DNA of 64,000 bases from Azolla caroliniana (Eukaryota; Plantae; Polypodiophyta). Below are positions 63,859 through 64,000 of the stretch, one piece after another. Location of the stretch: the NCBI GenBank assembly GCA_043228905.1, contig JBHGNT010000005.1, forward strand, positions 6,014,001 to 6,078,000, written 5' to 3'. Made by a program: the position numbers and the translations under genes. The first letter of the stretch is position 1. Every line of letters starts with the position of its first letter. A model generated the notes under the pieces. It was not told the DNA's origin and did no database searches. It was given only the letters and a program-made list of their open reading frames with translations.

Positions 63859-64000
63859 CTGTTGCATACAAATATCAAAGTCTCTGAGTCACACTTGTAA
63901 CCAAATTTATAAGATAATAAAATGGCATTGCCACACATGACTATAAAATCTCTACATCTGATAAACATAAAAAGAATGTATATTAATTATATTGATCAAT

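Overview
Nuclear genomic DNA of a land plant. A seed-free plant such as a fern is my inference, from the abundant (AG)n/(TG)n compound microsatellites, the gene and intron style and the TE content. Seven host genes can be reconstructed: a C2H2 zinc-finger protein (+, 11800-15247), LSM6 (+, 17376-20425), an intronless GATL/GT8 glycosyltransferase (-, 28399-29793), a small conserved plant single-TM protein (+, 39607-42823), an intronless FkbM/Methyltransf_21-type type-II membrane methyltransferase (+, 44572-45624), an 11-exon DHHC S-acyltransferase (-, 46560-58366) with a clear U12-type minor intron, and the 3' end of a DUF547 gene (-, 62403 to the window end). Mobile DNA includes a young full-length 4.6-kb Ty3/gypsy element in DHHC intron 9 (220-bp LTRs with 2 mismatches, 4-bp ATAT TSD, tRNA-Ala PBS, -1 slippery site) whose proteins look more like arthropod Ty3/gypsy than typical plant lineages. 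There is also a Penelope-like element fragment followed by a minimal type-I hammerhead ribozyme (967-1021), three hAT-type non-autonomous elements (two with perfect 8-bp TSDs, one with a 6/8 match) plus a decayed sister copy, and several old LTR/LINE/MULE remnants. Top leads are the possibly horizontally acquired metazoan-like Ty3/gypsy element and the Penelope/hammerhead unit. All homology calls are from motif recognition by eye; no database search was run.
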